Positions 1 to 12,442 of a DNA stretch of 64,000 nt are shown piece after piece. The number at the start of each line of letters is the position of its first letter. The stretch's first letter is position 1. This DNA is from Lingula anatina (Eukaryota > Animalia > Brachiopoda), in contig CM120642.1 in NCBI GenBank assembly GCA_051362555.1, forward strand, positions 33,666,001 to 33,730,000. Reading direction: 5' to 3'. The notes under the pieces are model-generated. The model was not told the origin of the DNA and did no database searches. It saw nothing but the letters and a program-made list of their open reading frames with translations. Position numbers and translations under genes: made by a program.

Positions 1-72
1 GAACTGTCAAGTGATAAGGCCTAGACATGTGCGCCTCACACCTTTAAGGGACCGGTGTAAGGTGACAGAGCA

Positions 73-260
73 TCTCAGACCCTATCGTACTAACTGTGGA
101 TCGATTTATCTCCAAGTGGATTCTCCCTAAATCGCAATTAACTTAAGCGGCTTAGATTTAAAAATCATTTTTAGCGGCTTCGGTAGGCGTGCTAGACATC
201 TAAGCCGCTTAAGCTAAAAGCATTTTAAGCGAGAATTAAACCCTTGGAGATGGAGATATT
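73..260 (+). mobile_element. MITE-like repeat family B, copy 1 (ends degraded)
   Basis: Aligns by eye to the reverse complement of 34565-34793 (tctcagaccctatc.tactaactgtggatc ... taagccgcttaagctaaaagca). Confidence 0.7.
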
Positions 261-936
261 AACTGATTAAGTTAGTTATCTAAAAATGGCATAAAAAGTA
301 TGGCAATAGCACCTCTCTAATGTGTGCTACTTGCATGAAAAATTTCGTGTACATATTGAATGGTTTAACAAAATATGTTAAAATGTAAACATTGTTGATT
401 TTTTGTCCTCATTGTAGGCACTGTACAACTAGACAAGATTTAGATAATAAGTACTACAGAATTTCCCATAGTCATTCTAATAAAGAGAACCTCGTAGCAT
501 GAAAAGAAAGTCGAAAAATATAATAAAATTTAATCAGAGAAGATTTGTTGATATTTTATTCAAACTGTACAAGAATACGATTGAGATATAAACTCAGCAC
601 GAAAAATTGTATATGGATCATATAAGCTGCATTAAAACAGGTCAATGTCAAACATCTCATGCTATATGATGTTTAATTTAACATTACGCTTGATGAAAAG
701 GTGTAAAAACAATTAGTTATTGTTGCAAATTTTGATAGAATTTGAAGGAAAACTTCATTGAAAGATTTTAAAAAACTTTAAATAATACAAATGTCCAAAA
801 TAACTTTTCTTAAGAACTCTCTTGTTTGTCATTTTCAAATTTCAAGACATCCCTAAATTTTTGGCTAATAATTTGCCCCCCCCCCCCCCCCCCCCATCCT
901 CCGACTTTAATAATGACAGGTCTCTAATGGACCTTA

Positions 937-1068
937 TATCTCGAAAGGTTCGCTATGTTGCGCACGTGCGCAAGTGTCTCGATTCCATGGCCACGTATCT
1001 CGAAATAGAATCGGTTATGGAATCGAGACACTTGCGCACGTGCGCAACATAGCGAACCTTTCGAGATA
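937..1068. repeat. Perfect 52-bp inverted repeat (foldback/MITE-like)
   Basis: 937-988 is the exact reverse complement of 1017-1068, 28-nt spacer; each arm contains the palindrome ttgcgcacgtgcgcaa. Confidence 0.92.
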
Positions 1069-1924
1069 CGGAGCCCTGGACGCTCTCGTATTGTTTTTAC
1101 ATTTTTCTGGCTTTTAACTGCTATCTTTAATAGCGCTTTACGTGGGCTTTGACAGGAAAGTGTAACACAATTCTGCGGTTATTTACTGAAGTAAACACAC
1201 TTAATTGATTTTATGTGGTATCAGAAGAATGTGCCAACCCACATGACGCTAACTGGTGTCTTCATTACCAATTAAGGGAAATTATTTCATGCTGAATGTA
1301 TTTTGTTTCTGACAAACAAAGCACAACATGAGATTAGCGGTGAAATCGGCGATTTTTGTGTTCAGTTGTTTTAACGACTTGTATAAATGATGTGCATTAG
1401 GTCGTTTAAATACATCATGCTATTTGTCAAGAACTTCTCTTTAAATTGTTATGCTTTGCATTGTTTTGAACGGTCTTTGAGATTAACCAATATAAAACTT
1501 TTAAAAGAAAAAATTCTATGACAAAGTCCAAATCCACTGCTTTTACAGAGTTTTCCTAGATGAAAAGGGAACATGCTCATATTCTACATTTTGAATAATA
1601 ATTGTTTCCTCTTGCTGTAGTCTTATAGCTTCAGTTATTCTACAATGGTCCGACAGATTCAGGTCCTTGTGCGTTGTTCCCCCACACTAATGACCACTGA
1701 GGTGACGTGGATAATGGGGGACAGATTCAAGAAGCGTTGCTTTATGCCCCTTTAAAAACTATAAATCTACATAAACTATTTTTAAAATACCAATAAGACA
1801 TTGCTAATCGCAGCAACCGGTATATTCCAACAACAACACGTTAGGGCAGTTTAAACCAAGCAGTGATACAGGCACATGTGACTATTTGAACAGACTTTAT
1901 CCAGTAACAAGCCTTATCCAGAAA

Positions 1925-4330
1925 ATGAAGACGTTGTTTTTGGCTGTTGTGATTTTTGCCGCTTTCTCTGTAAGCTCTACAGGTAAGAATAATCCTATCT
2001 TCCTGCCATGTTAAATTCTAGGATTTGGTGACACGAGTCCAAAACTTGAGAGAAATATCAGCTGGCACAGAGAAAAGTTAGAGACGCACAAGTTGTGAAT
2101 GCGTTAGATCTGGGGTCTTTGTAGCAAAAATGGTAATAGTTTTGCTTGGAATTTCAAATTTTTCTCTTAATCATTAAGGTATGTCGTATTTAAATCTGCT
2201 GTTTGCGCGTCTTTGAAAACTAGGATAATTTCGACTAGATGTGATTTTGCCGTTTTCAATTGGGTAGACTTTTGCTTCAGCATATTTCATTTTGTTTTTG
2301 TTCCAGCGGTTGTTAGACGCCTGTCTGTCATCTCCAAGGTGAAGGTCAGCGTTGTGGACAGCGTCGCCAAGAGCATGTCAAATAAACTCAACAGCCTTTT
2401 GGCGCCCCCGAAATTATACAAAAAATACTGGGATGTCAACTTCATTTTAGACAGCAGTGGCAGCATTGGGTCATCAGACTTTGGTTTGGCCAAATCTGCT
2501 TTACAGGTGTTCTATAGACCTATTGCAATTGATTATATCAGAAACTTCATTAATAATGACCATATAATAACATGTGCCCATAAAATTAGCTTATTTTTTA
2601 CTTTTTACGGTCTGATGAGAAAACTGATGCGACAATTGAATAATGTCCGAATGTTAATATCCAATTTCATGTGAATTATAATTAAAATTATAACAAGCAT
2701 TTTATACTTCATATTTTACCTCAGAGCATTGCAGGAGTTATCAACATCTTCTCGCCCATCGGTCCCGGTAAGACAAGAGTAGCTGGCATACGGTACTCCT
2801 CTGGGGTGAATGTCCAGTTTAACTTTGATGTCCACGACTCACTGGCTGAAGTGACCGGGGCTCTGGGTAGTATAGGTTATGTAGGTAAGCAACTTACTCC
2901 TTACTCGATTTATTAAAACCCTCGTGTGCAGGGCATAGTGTATACGCAATAGTGCAGTAATAGTGAAATTCTAAACAGCTAGAACTCAAGCACGGCTTCT
3001 CGAATCTTTACCTTAAAGATTGTGAGTGTGTGCGCGCGCGCGTGTGTGAAAATTTCAAGTAAAGACACAATTACCCTTTTAGTTGATAAATGGCATATCC
3101 TGTCGCACCCCCCCCCCCCCCCGAAAAACGGTGAAGAGACCCACTTAGGGACCAATTCAAAATGACCTGATGCACATGGCTTTGATCAATTTTTAACTAC
3201 TGTATAAGCATTTGTCTTAGATATCCTCGAGAACGTATAAAGAATGTACTCCTAATTGTAAAAAAAAAAGTAAAATACACGTGCAAACATTTCTTCTGAC
3301 TCTGCCGATTTACTTATTTTTATTAAAAAAGAAAATCGGGGGGGGGGGGGGAAGGGAGAGAGAGGAGGTGAGGGAGAGAGAAAGGTGAAACTTTAAGAAT
3401 GACTTTTTTAGCGTGGTGTTTTAATATTAATATTTATTAAATATTTATATATTTATTTAATATTTCCATTTCCCTTTCAGGTGGAAGCACTAAAACCCGC
3501 CTGGCGCTGGAGAAAGCTTTAGATATGTACCTGAATGACGGCGATCCCGACAATAATAAGTTGATCTGGTTAACGACGGACGGGAAAGCCAGCAACGGTT
3601 ACGATCCCATTGCCATAGCAACAAACTTGAAGAACATAGGTTGGCTTTACATATTGATTCATTAATATTTTTAACACGGTAGTAAAGAAGATAATTACTT
3701 TTAAATTAAGTCTATAATTGTTGCATTTATAAAATTTTCGCAAGATTGTGTGTGTGGATTTTGTATTCAGCAGTGTAAAATGTGTTCTTTTAATCTAAGA
3801 GTGCATTCGCAGAGATTTAGATCGATCCAGAGATTTAGATTTAGATCGACCTAACTCCCTGGGGGTTCACGCTAAATTGCAGTCAGCCGAGCGCGCACCA
3901 TAGTTAATTACCACCTTACAGCTTTTAGTAGACGGGACAGACGCTTAAGCCGGCCAAGCTGACAGTAATCTAGTGAGACTCACCACAGGGATAGATCGAT
4001 CTAAAATCTATGGGAATGGGGTCTAAAGAACGATTTATCTATAAGCCATTACTAAAATGCATTGAATACAATCGCGTATTAGTCAGGACAGATAATTGTT
4101 CATAAAAACTAGCATCTTTTGATCTGTTTGGACCAAGTATCCGTCACATGTTTCAAGCTCACGTTTTCATTCTAGGAGTCAAAATATGCGTGGTAGCAAT
4201 TGGCACAAGCGTCGACATGGTAGAGATTAACGGCATGGCGTCTCCGGGCTGCGTCTTCTCTGGACCCACCTTTGCTTCCTACAACCAAATTGCTGCCAAA
4301 GCACTGTCTTATGCCAAGAAGGTGAAGTAG
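1925..4330 (+). CDS. Secreted single von Willebrand factor A (vWA) domain protein, paralog 1 (243 aa)
   Basis: Exons 1925-1982, 2307-2506, 2725-2884, 3481-3639, 4176-4330; all GT-AG, phases 1,0,1,1; 732-nt open frame. Signal MKTLFLAVVIFAAFSVSSTA; WDVNFILDSSGS (DxSxS), TRVAGIRYS, GGSTKT (MIDAS Thr), WLTTDG (MIDAS Asp), ICVVAIG. Confidence 0.93.
3799..4023 (+). mobile_element. PIF/Harbinger (Tourist-like) MITE family A, copy 1
   Basis: Imperfect TIRs with a tagatcgatc core, TAA/TAA duplication (3796-3798, 4024-4026); missing from the homologous intron 4 of paralogs 2 and 3. Confidence 0.85.
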
Positions 4331-4861
4331 CTCTGATACGCCGAGATGCCACCTGCCATTTGACCACCATACAGTGATACCGGAATGTTTATATGTATAC
4401 TGATGGCACGTCTGTCATGGCTATTTCATAAACATTAAGAATTTTAAGATGTCGTCTACCACAGCTCGGCTACTAATTTACAAGTAAAATCTATGGGTAA
4501 AATCTATGGGAATGCGCCCACAGTGGGGACTAGACTCATGAAACATGCAATGAATATCAACAAAGGATAATATCACCAAGATTAATAATAGAAATCACTT
4601 CACCTTTTTTTAGTTAAGAGTATTATGCCCTAGAAAATAGAGATTTTGACCTACTTTTTATCTCGAAAATGACTCCTCTCCGTCTATCCAGGTGGAGTGC
4701 ACGTTGTCCAGTGGAATCTATTAGTATAATAAGAAGTGCTTCTCCAAATATACATAAAAATTAATTATAAGAAAACCCAACGTGTTTACTGAAGTCATTT
4801 GTGTGTAGTGGATGATGGCACTTTCTGGATTGAATATAAAGTCGCATTGGTCCCATACAGA

Positions 4862-5166
4862 ATAGGGGACTAACTAGTCCGGGGGTCAAATATGGCCGAC
4901 CCACTTGAATACTTCCCCATGGGATATAAATATATTTTCAATGTCTCTTAGTGGATTAGACGGCAAACTTTATAGTGGGTCGCCATATTTGGCCCTCAGA
5001 CTAATGGCCCCATTTAGAACAGTGGACTAACTAGTCCGGTGGTCAAATATGGCCGACCCACTTGAATACTCCCCCACGGGGAATCTATTCTGTGTTTATT
5101 AGCGGATTAGATGACAAGCTTTTTGGTGGGTCACTATATTTGACCCACTGTTTATTCCACTGTTCT
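4862..5166. mobile_element. Two adjacent copies of a ~150-bp MITE-like element
   Basis: ggactaactagtccgg.ggtcaaatatggccgacccacttgaatact occurs at ~4867 and ~5024; each unit ends with an inverted gtgggtc..atatttg.ccc. Confidence 0.75.
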
Positions 5167-6104
5167 GAATGCGGCATAATTCTTCCCTTATCCAAAGCTG
5201 TGAGCTGGACATATCGTTAAACTCATTACTATGAGCCATTGAAGAATGAGCCACCTATCATCCCTGGCTTGATCCTGGACGTGAAACACATTTAGTTAGA
5301 ACTATTTTCTTTGTCTTCAAAACGTATAAAGTGCCGCCAAAGAATGTTGTCAATTATATCAATATAAACAAAAAAAAAACTACAATTAATAAAAATCAGG
5401 CGCATTTAACAGCACCATGGAAATGAACCGCCCCTCATTTCGAATTCTGACTAGGTGAAGTACTTTTTATTGGAAAATTACAAAGGTCATGATAAATAGT
5501 TTTCGTTTTCTAATTTTTTATTCTAGTCGTCTTTACAGAACTTTTGTGACCCAGACTGATTAATATAATAATAAACAATCTCCCAAAACACAAATTCGAT
5601 CAAAGTTTTACATAGAACCTGTTTCTATACATTAATTTAACCCACTGAGTTGTCCTTTAACTTTTCAAAAATAGCCTAATTTAATTCAAATTCAGTGCTG
5701 TGTTAGGTGAAATTTGGCAATCGGTGAATGCTACTAGACCTTGCTTTTGTTCCCTCTTTTCATGGGTCAAATTCGTTACCGTAGCAACGTGATTGACATT
5801 TTAATTACATATCATCCGAAAGGTCTTGGTATGGACCTTTAGGAAAAAATAATTAAGCATGAAATGTAAAATCCTTCATGGAATTTATGCAAAACTTCCT
5901 CTACTTTCGTTACGGTAGTTTGAGTAGTGAGGACCCCCAAAGTTCAGATGATAGTATCTATTTTTCGGATAATACATGTACAATGTGAAATACTAGTATA
6001 TATTCTTTAACGAATTCAAAACCAGTCAGTTTACATATAAGTCGTGTTTAAATATAAAAACAGAAAACATTCATATAATTCTTTTTAATTAATTGTAATA
6101 GTAA

Positions 6105-7200
6105 GCTCCATTTTGAAGACCACAAAGATTACGTGTACATCAGGTGAGGGATTCAAGAAGCGTTGCTGATGTTCTTTTAAAAACTTTTAGTCTATAGTTA
6201 ACTATTTCCAAGAAGACATTTATAAGCTACAGTTTCGCAGTTCCTCCATTTTGAAGACCACAAAGATCATGTAGACATCAGGTTAGATATTCAAGAAGCG
6301 TTGCCGATGTTCTTTTAAAAAACTATAAACCTACAGTTAACTATTTTAACGAAGATCAGGTTTATAAGCCACTGGTATGTTCTGACAAAACGCTGGGGTA
6401 TGCATAAATTACGCCTAGCAGTGACACAAGCATTTAAGGGGATAATAAGTCTTCGTATGAGATCTATATTTCACAACAAAAACATTGTGAACAACTCATA
6501 GAAATATAATATATTCTGTTTTACCACAATAACAGCTATTATTTTGATATCTGAGCTTGTCTTCAGATCATGTGACCTCCATTGATGGCTATACTCTGTG
6601 ATAATTTCTTAAGAGATTTTTACCAAAAAAAAAAAAAACTTTTAAGAAAAATAACAGGGCCTAACTTTGAATGTAAAAATGGATTCATTAACGATTGGTA
6701 AGTATGGGAAAACTGTGTTTACTCCAGAAAAAATTCATTTTTTTGGCCAGGTCGTTTAACTACATTATGTTGTTTATCACGAACTACCGTGTAAGTTAAA
6801 ACTTAAAATTCTGTAATACCCTTATGCACTGTTTTGAGCGGGCTTTTACATAATAAAATAAATCACTAATATATTTTCTATTACGAATTGATAATTAGTT
6901 AGTTTACATTAAAGTAATGATTAAATACATAAACATAAAACATTCATATACAAAAATTTAATTTATTATAATAGCATGCTTTAGTCAGACAAGATTAAGT
7001 TTTAATTTCTCACGCGCAGTTCCTCCATTTTGAAGACCACAAAGATCTCGTAGACATCAGATGAGGTGTTCAAGAATCGTTGCTGATGTTCTTTTAAAAA
7101 CTTTCAGTCTACAGTTAACTATTTCCAAGAAGACATTTATAAGCGACTGGTAAATTTTGACAACAACATGTTGGGGCATGCCACACATAGCAGTGACACT
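6105..7200 (+). repeat. Triplicated proximal upstream module of vWA paralog 2
   Basis: ctccattttgaagaccacaaagat ... ttcaagaa.cgttgc.gatgttcttttaaaaa at ~6106, ~6244 and ~7023; a single homologous copy lies upstream of paralog 1 (~1690-1870) and of paralog 3 (~12185-12390). Confidence 0.85.
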
Positions 7201-7202
7201 AG

Positions 7203-7211
7203 TATATATAA
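7203..7211 (+). promoter_or_regulatory. Candidate TATA box of vWA paralog 2
   Basis: tatatataa about 50 nt upstream of the ATG; paralog 3 has taaataa at the aligned position (12389-12395). Confidence 0.5.
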
Positions 7212-7257
7212 GTAGCTTGTTGAACAGACTAACCAGTTATACGCCTTATCCTGAAAG

Positions 7258-9630
7258 ATGAAGACGCTGTTTTTCGCTGTTGTGATTTTTGCCGCTTTCT
7301 TTGTAAGCTCTACAGGTGAGAATAATCCTATCTTCCTGCCATGTTAAATTCTAGGATTTGGTGTCGCGAGTCCAACAGTTGAGAGAAATAACAGCAGGCA
7401 CAGAGAAAACTTAAAGACGCACAAATCACGCTTAAATCAGGCTTACATTTAGCAAACGCTTACTGATTCTTTGGAATTTCTCAAAATCTTTTCCTTAATT
7501 ACCAAGATACATCGTATCCAGAACGACTCAATTGGTTCATTTGACAATGAGGAGATTTTTCACATGCTGTGACAACGTTCTGTCTCCGCAATCTGGGTGC
7601 AATTTGCTATAGCTCATTTTAATCTATTGTATTTAATAAATTCCGTGTTTTTTACTTTTTGTTGCAGCGGTCAGCTCAGTGGACAGCATTGCCAAGACAA
7701 TGTTAAATACAATCACCAACCTCGTTGCACCGCCAACATGTTACAAAAAATACTGGGATATCGTCTTCATTTTAGACAGCAGCGGCAGCATCGGCTCATC
7801 TAACTTTGCTTTGGCAAAATCTGCCGTTAAGGTGTTGTATATATTGTCGTTCTATATCATAAAAGCGACATCGAAACAACATTTAATAACACTTAAATTT
7901 CAAACTTTAATTTAAGCTTTAATTTTAAAGTCTAATAAGACAATTGAAGGGTTGCTATTTTCAAAAGTAATCGCTACATCAATTAAAAAAGAAATGCAAC
8001 CATATTTATCCATTAATATATAATCGATTATTTTGCTGAGGGGGGGGGGGGGGGGGGGGGGGTTATTGCCAAGCAGATAATTGAATATGTTTTGATAGAG
8101 CGAAATCTTACTACGAACGATGAAGAATGTCAGAAGTCTAGTATTGCTAGCATTTCATACTTTGCGCATTTTTTCAGAGTGTTGTGGCACTTATCAGCGT
8201 TCTCTCTCCCATTGGCTCTGGTAAGACCAGGGTAGCTGCCATACGGTACGCGTCAGATGTTGATGTTCAGTTTAACTTTGGTTCTCTTGACTCACTATCA
8301 TTGGTCAGGTGGGGACTGGGTGAAATATCTTACGTAGGTAAGCAATGTGCGTTGAACTCGATTTCTTAAAAAATGAGTTATCAAAATCTTCGTTCACAGG
8401 ACTAAGCCCGAAAAATAATGATGTAGAAAGATTTTATGGTGCATAATATTTATCTCCAAAGCACCAAGTATCTACCGGGTTAGTACTTTTTGGACAGAAC
8501 TAATTCAGGCCGAATTTTCAAAGGATGAACATGCTTCGCTGACTTGAGCAACTAAGCAGTTGTTTTTATAATGGGTGCTGTTATGTGATGCTCTGTATCA
8601 TAAACGGGTTCATCTAAAATTGAAGGAAATGACACTGCAAATGGCAACATTTTATAACAAATTTTGGTAATGTGTGAATGTTGTTTTAGCAAGAATTGTT
8701 TTCCTGATTTTAAATGTTATTGATAATGCAATGTTAATTATATCTGTGTCGCATGAGATTGTTCAGCAGGCGTTTATGATAGTTCATACTGATTCCCGTT
8801 GAAACTGGACTGATTTTACCTACTGAATAAAAACCGAACAGGCTAATAAAGTAACATGGATAGCGAAAAAAGGTCACAAGAAACTTGATTTGTTTGCATA
8901 CATTTGCCATAAATGAACTCATGGATAACAAGGGCGTTCTATAATGGTAAAAGCGTTGATTTAAAGTTGATTTTAATCCATTTTCTTTAAAGATGGAATA
9001 ACTAAAACCAGTCTTGCCCTAAAGAAAGCTGCAAATATGTACATGGTTCGTGGTGATCCAGGCAATGCTAAGTTTATCTGGTTGGTAACGGATGGGAAAG
9101 CCAGCATCGGTTATGACCCAATATTTTGGGCAAATGTCTTGAAAAGAATTGGTAATTAACTCTACATTCTTCATAAATCCAGATATTTATTCACTTATGT
9201 TTTAAACACAGTATAAAAGTAGATAACTAGTTTTAAATGAAATGTAGTTTACTTAGCATTAATGAAACTTAGTAAAATATTGTGTAGTTCGTATTTGGTA
9301 GTGCAAAATGTGTTCCACTGAACGATTTACCTGTGAACCATCACTAAAATGCGTTTTATGCAATAATTAATTAGTCAACAGAGCTTGTACAGAAGATTCT
9401 TCATACAGATTAACACGTTTTGATCAGTTTGGATCAAATATGCGTCACATAGCATCTTTTATGCACACATTTTCGTTCTAGGGGTAAAAATATGCGTGGT
9501 GGCAATTGGTACCGGCGTTGACATGGCAGAGATCAGAGGCATAGCGTCCCCGGACTGCGTCTTCTCTGGCCTCACCTTTGCCTCCTACAGTCAAATTGCT
9601 GCCAAGGCACTGTCCTTAGCCCTGGCGTAG
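7258..9630 (+). CDS. Secreted single vWA domain protein, paralog 2 (229 aa)
   Basis: Exons 7258-7315, 7668-7831, 8178-8337, 8993-9151, 9482-9630; same intron phases; 690-nt open frame. WDIVFILDSSGS, DGITKT, WLVTDG. Confidence 0.93.
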
Positions 9631-9866
9631 TCCTACTCATAACCAACGATGTAACATGCCACTTAACAATTGCCCACCGTGCTGTTATACGGAGTCCTTT
9701 ATGAAGAGATGAAAAATTTACCTTGGAATGTTTATGTTTCCCAAACATTCAAACTCCAAAGATGCTGTCTGCCATAGATTATCAACATTCGAATATCTTT
9801 CAGTTATAAACCTAGTCATCACGTTTTGGATGGCCAAGGGTTTAGATATTCACTCTTCTTTAATCG

Positions 9867-11660
9867 CCAATGACACCTCTCATCTGTAATGACATTACCA
9901 AAGCTGACTCTACATTCACAAGGAACGCATCGTGCACTGCAGGTAGCTATTGCAACAAAGGGGACAGAAATACACATTTGTCAATTATTCTACCAACATC
10001 TTCCTCTCTAACTTACCTTAAAATTTTTAGTTTCTATTATTGGATACGTGCATTTCACATTGATGGGGATGTTGTGTGGAAATAAAGGTTTGCAAATCTA
10101 CATAATGTTTTAAGTACCCATTTAAGTTAAAGATTGCACAAACTAAGGTATTACCCGTGCAAGGGTTGATGTCTCCATTAAGATGTGCTGACACATTAAA
10201 GAGGTATGGATTCTGAATCGTTCCATTTCTTAAGTTAGCGTTCGTTGATGCAATTGCAAGATTTCTACCTCTAAGTGGATTTAAACATCAAATACATAAT
10301 ATTTGGATATGTGCTGAGCGGCATTACAACAGCAGTGCAATTTTGTTAATTAATAACAATGGCGTTAAGGAAGTCCACGCTCTCTACTGTGATACCTATG
10401 CGTGCAGCAGACCCCAAAACATACGGAAGCCACTCAGAATACTTACACATTAACTCACTGGTCACGTATTGGGTCTGAAAATATTTCATAGGAAATGACC
10501 AGGTAAAGCCAATCCCGGGAAGTAAACATCTTGGATCAATATTTCACCAATATTGCCCTAACATTAGACACCTTGAAAGTGCTTGTTAACAGCTCTTGCG
10601 CCCAACGTACTCGCACATCAACAGCTTTTCTGATTCCTACTCAACGCCTATTGAAGGTGTGTTAGACCCCATTTCCAGAGATTAGATCGATCTACTTTAG
10701 ATCGACCTAACTCTCTGGGGGTTCACACTAAAATAGCTGTCAGCCGAGCGGGCACAATAGTTAATTACCCCCTTACAGCTTGTAGTAGGCGGGACGGACA
10801 TTTAAGCCGGATTATCTGACAGTAATCTAGTGAGACTCCCCGCGGGGATAGATCGATCTAAAAGCTCTGGGAATACGCCCTTAATCAGCTCATCTGATTG
10901 CATTCAACGAGAATGTCCGCGGTGCTGGATTGACCTGCTTGTATGTAGAACGGTAGTTTCATTTGGGAATGAGCCCATAAAATGTCGCATGGCGGGCAAT
11001 GGTATGACTCTTTTCTAGAATTTTTCTTGGAATTTACAAACATCTTAAAGAGGCTTTGTCTCATGTTATAGTCTTCATTGTTAGACCAAAATTCCCTTTG
11101 CCTGTTTTATCTTTAAACGAGATTTTAGGATATCTAATAGTACATGTATGTATGAAACTAAGGTCTGAGAAGCTTTCGAACTTTACATTTCTCCGGCGTA
11201 CATGTGCTACCGGTATATATTCATGCATGGATATTGTCCCAACAGCTCTGAAAGTCTGAGAGATTTTCATTAGAAAATTTATTCTTATTTCACTTGAGTG
11301 ACATGTAATTTTTTAGCATATTTCAATTTTTATAGAATCATATATTTATGTTTAATCGAGATAAAAAGAGAATAACGTAAAAAAAACTATAAAGAAGATT
11401 ACTTACTTTGTTTAACTGAATGTACTGCATCTATTAAACAATTAAAGTTTTAACTTTATTAAAATGTATTACGCACACACAAAAAGAAGAAAAACACGGA
11501 GAAGATTGGAATCCAATTGAATACACATATAATGAAAAATTCAGTGACTTGGAAACGCATTAAATATAACAGCAATCATTAGGAAATAAACCAGTAAGCT
11601 GACAATTAAAGATTCTATATTTGCTGTAACATTTTTTTGTTCACGTTTGGTGTCGTTATG
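9867..11660 (+). repeat. Diverged duplicate of the intergenic block 14907-16070
   Basis: Collinear matches, e.g. taactcactggtcacgtattgg.tctgaaaatat.tcataggaaatgaccaggtaaagccaat at 10451 and 15481; both end in gtttggtgtcgttatg. Confidence 0.88.
10665..10880 (+). mobile_element. MITE family A, copy 2
   Basis: Homologous to 3799-4023 along its length; TTA/TTA duplication. Confidence 0.85.
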
Positions 11661-12442
11661 AAAAGTCCTATCTTTAATGGCGCTTTACGTATGCATTAAG
11701 ATATCTTCACATGGAAAGTGGTGGTTATTGACAGAAGTAAAGAATGTTACTATAAAAAGTTATCCACATAACTCTATGTGGTAGCTGAAGAATGTATCAA
11801 CACACATGACATTGTGAGGCCTTTTCATCACTTAGTCGACAGAGAAAAATAAAGAACTCGAGATTAAGCGTGAAATGGGCAATTTAATCCACTAATTTGT
11901 TTTTAATGGCTTGTTTAATTGATTGCATCAGGTCGCTTAACTACATCAAACTTAAACTTAAAATTCTGTCATGCCCTTATGCAGTGTTTTGAACTGTCTT
12001 TCAGATAATAGGCCTACAGTATAAAGCACTCATATATTTATTTTCTTTTACGAATTCAAAATAAATCAGTTATATTTAAATACATAAACAGAAAACATTG
12101 GTAAACAAATTATTGGATAATCGCACATGTAATCGCATGCTTTAATAGTCAGACAACATTAACTTTTAAATCCTCATGAGCACTTCCTCCATTTTTCGAA
12201 CCACAGTGATCACGTAATTATGAGGTTAGAGATTCAAGACGCGATGCTTTATGTTCTTTAAAAACTATAAATCTACAATAAACTTATTTAAAATTCCAGG
12301 AAGACGTTTATTTCGTCGAAGCGACCAGCTTATTTTAACAACAACACGTTGGGACATGCACAATTTACATCTAGCAGTGACGCAAGTGTAAATAAGTAGC
12401 TAGTTGAACAGACTTTAACCAGTAACAAGCCTTATCCAGACG

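Noticed and set aside
822-1052. 76-aa ORF with a polyproline run
   Set aside because: Non-ATG start; made from a poly-C run and the inverted repeat.
2213-2674. 153-aa ORF as a stand-alone gene
   Set aside because: It is exon 2 of vWA paralog 1 read through into flanking introns; the same applies to the ORFs at 7679, 8184, 13423 and 14534.
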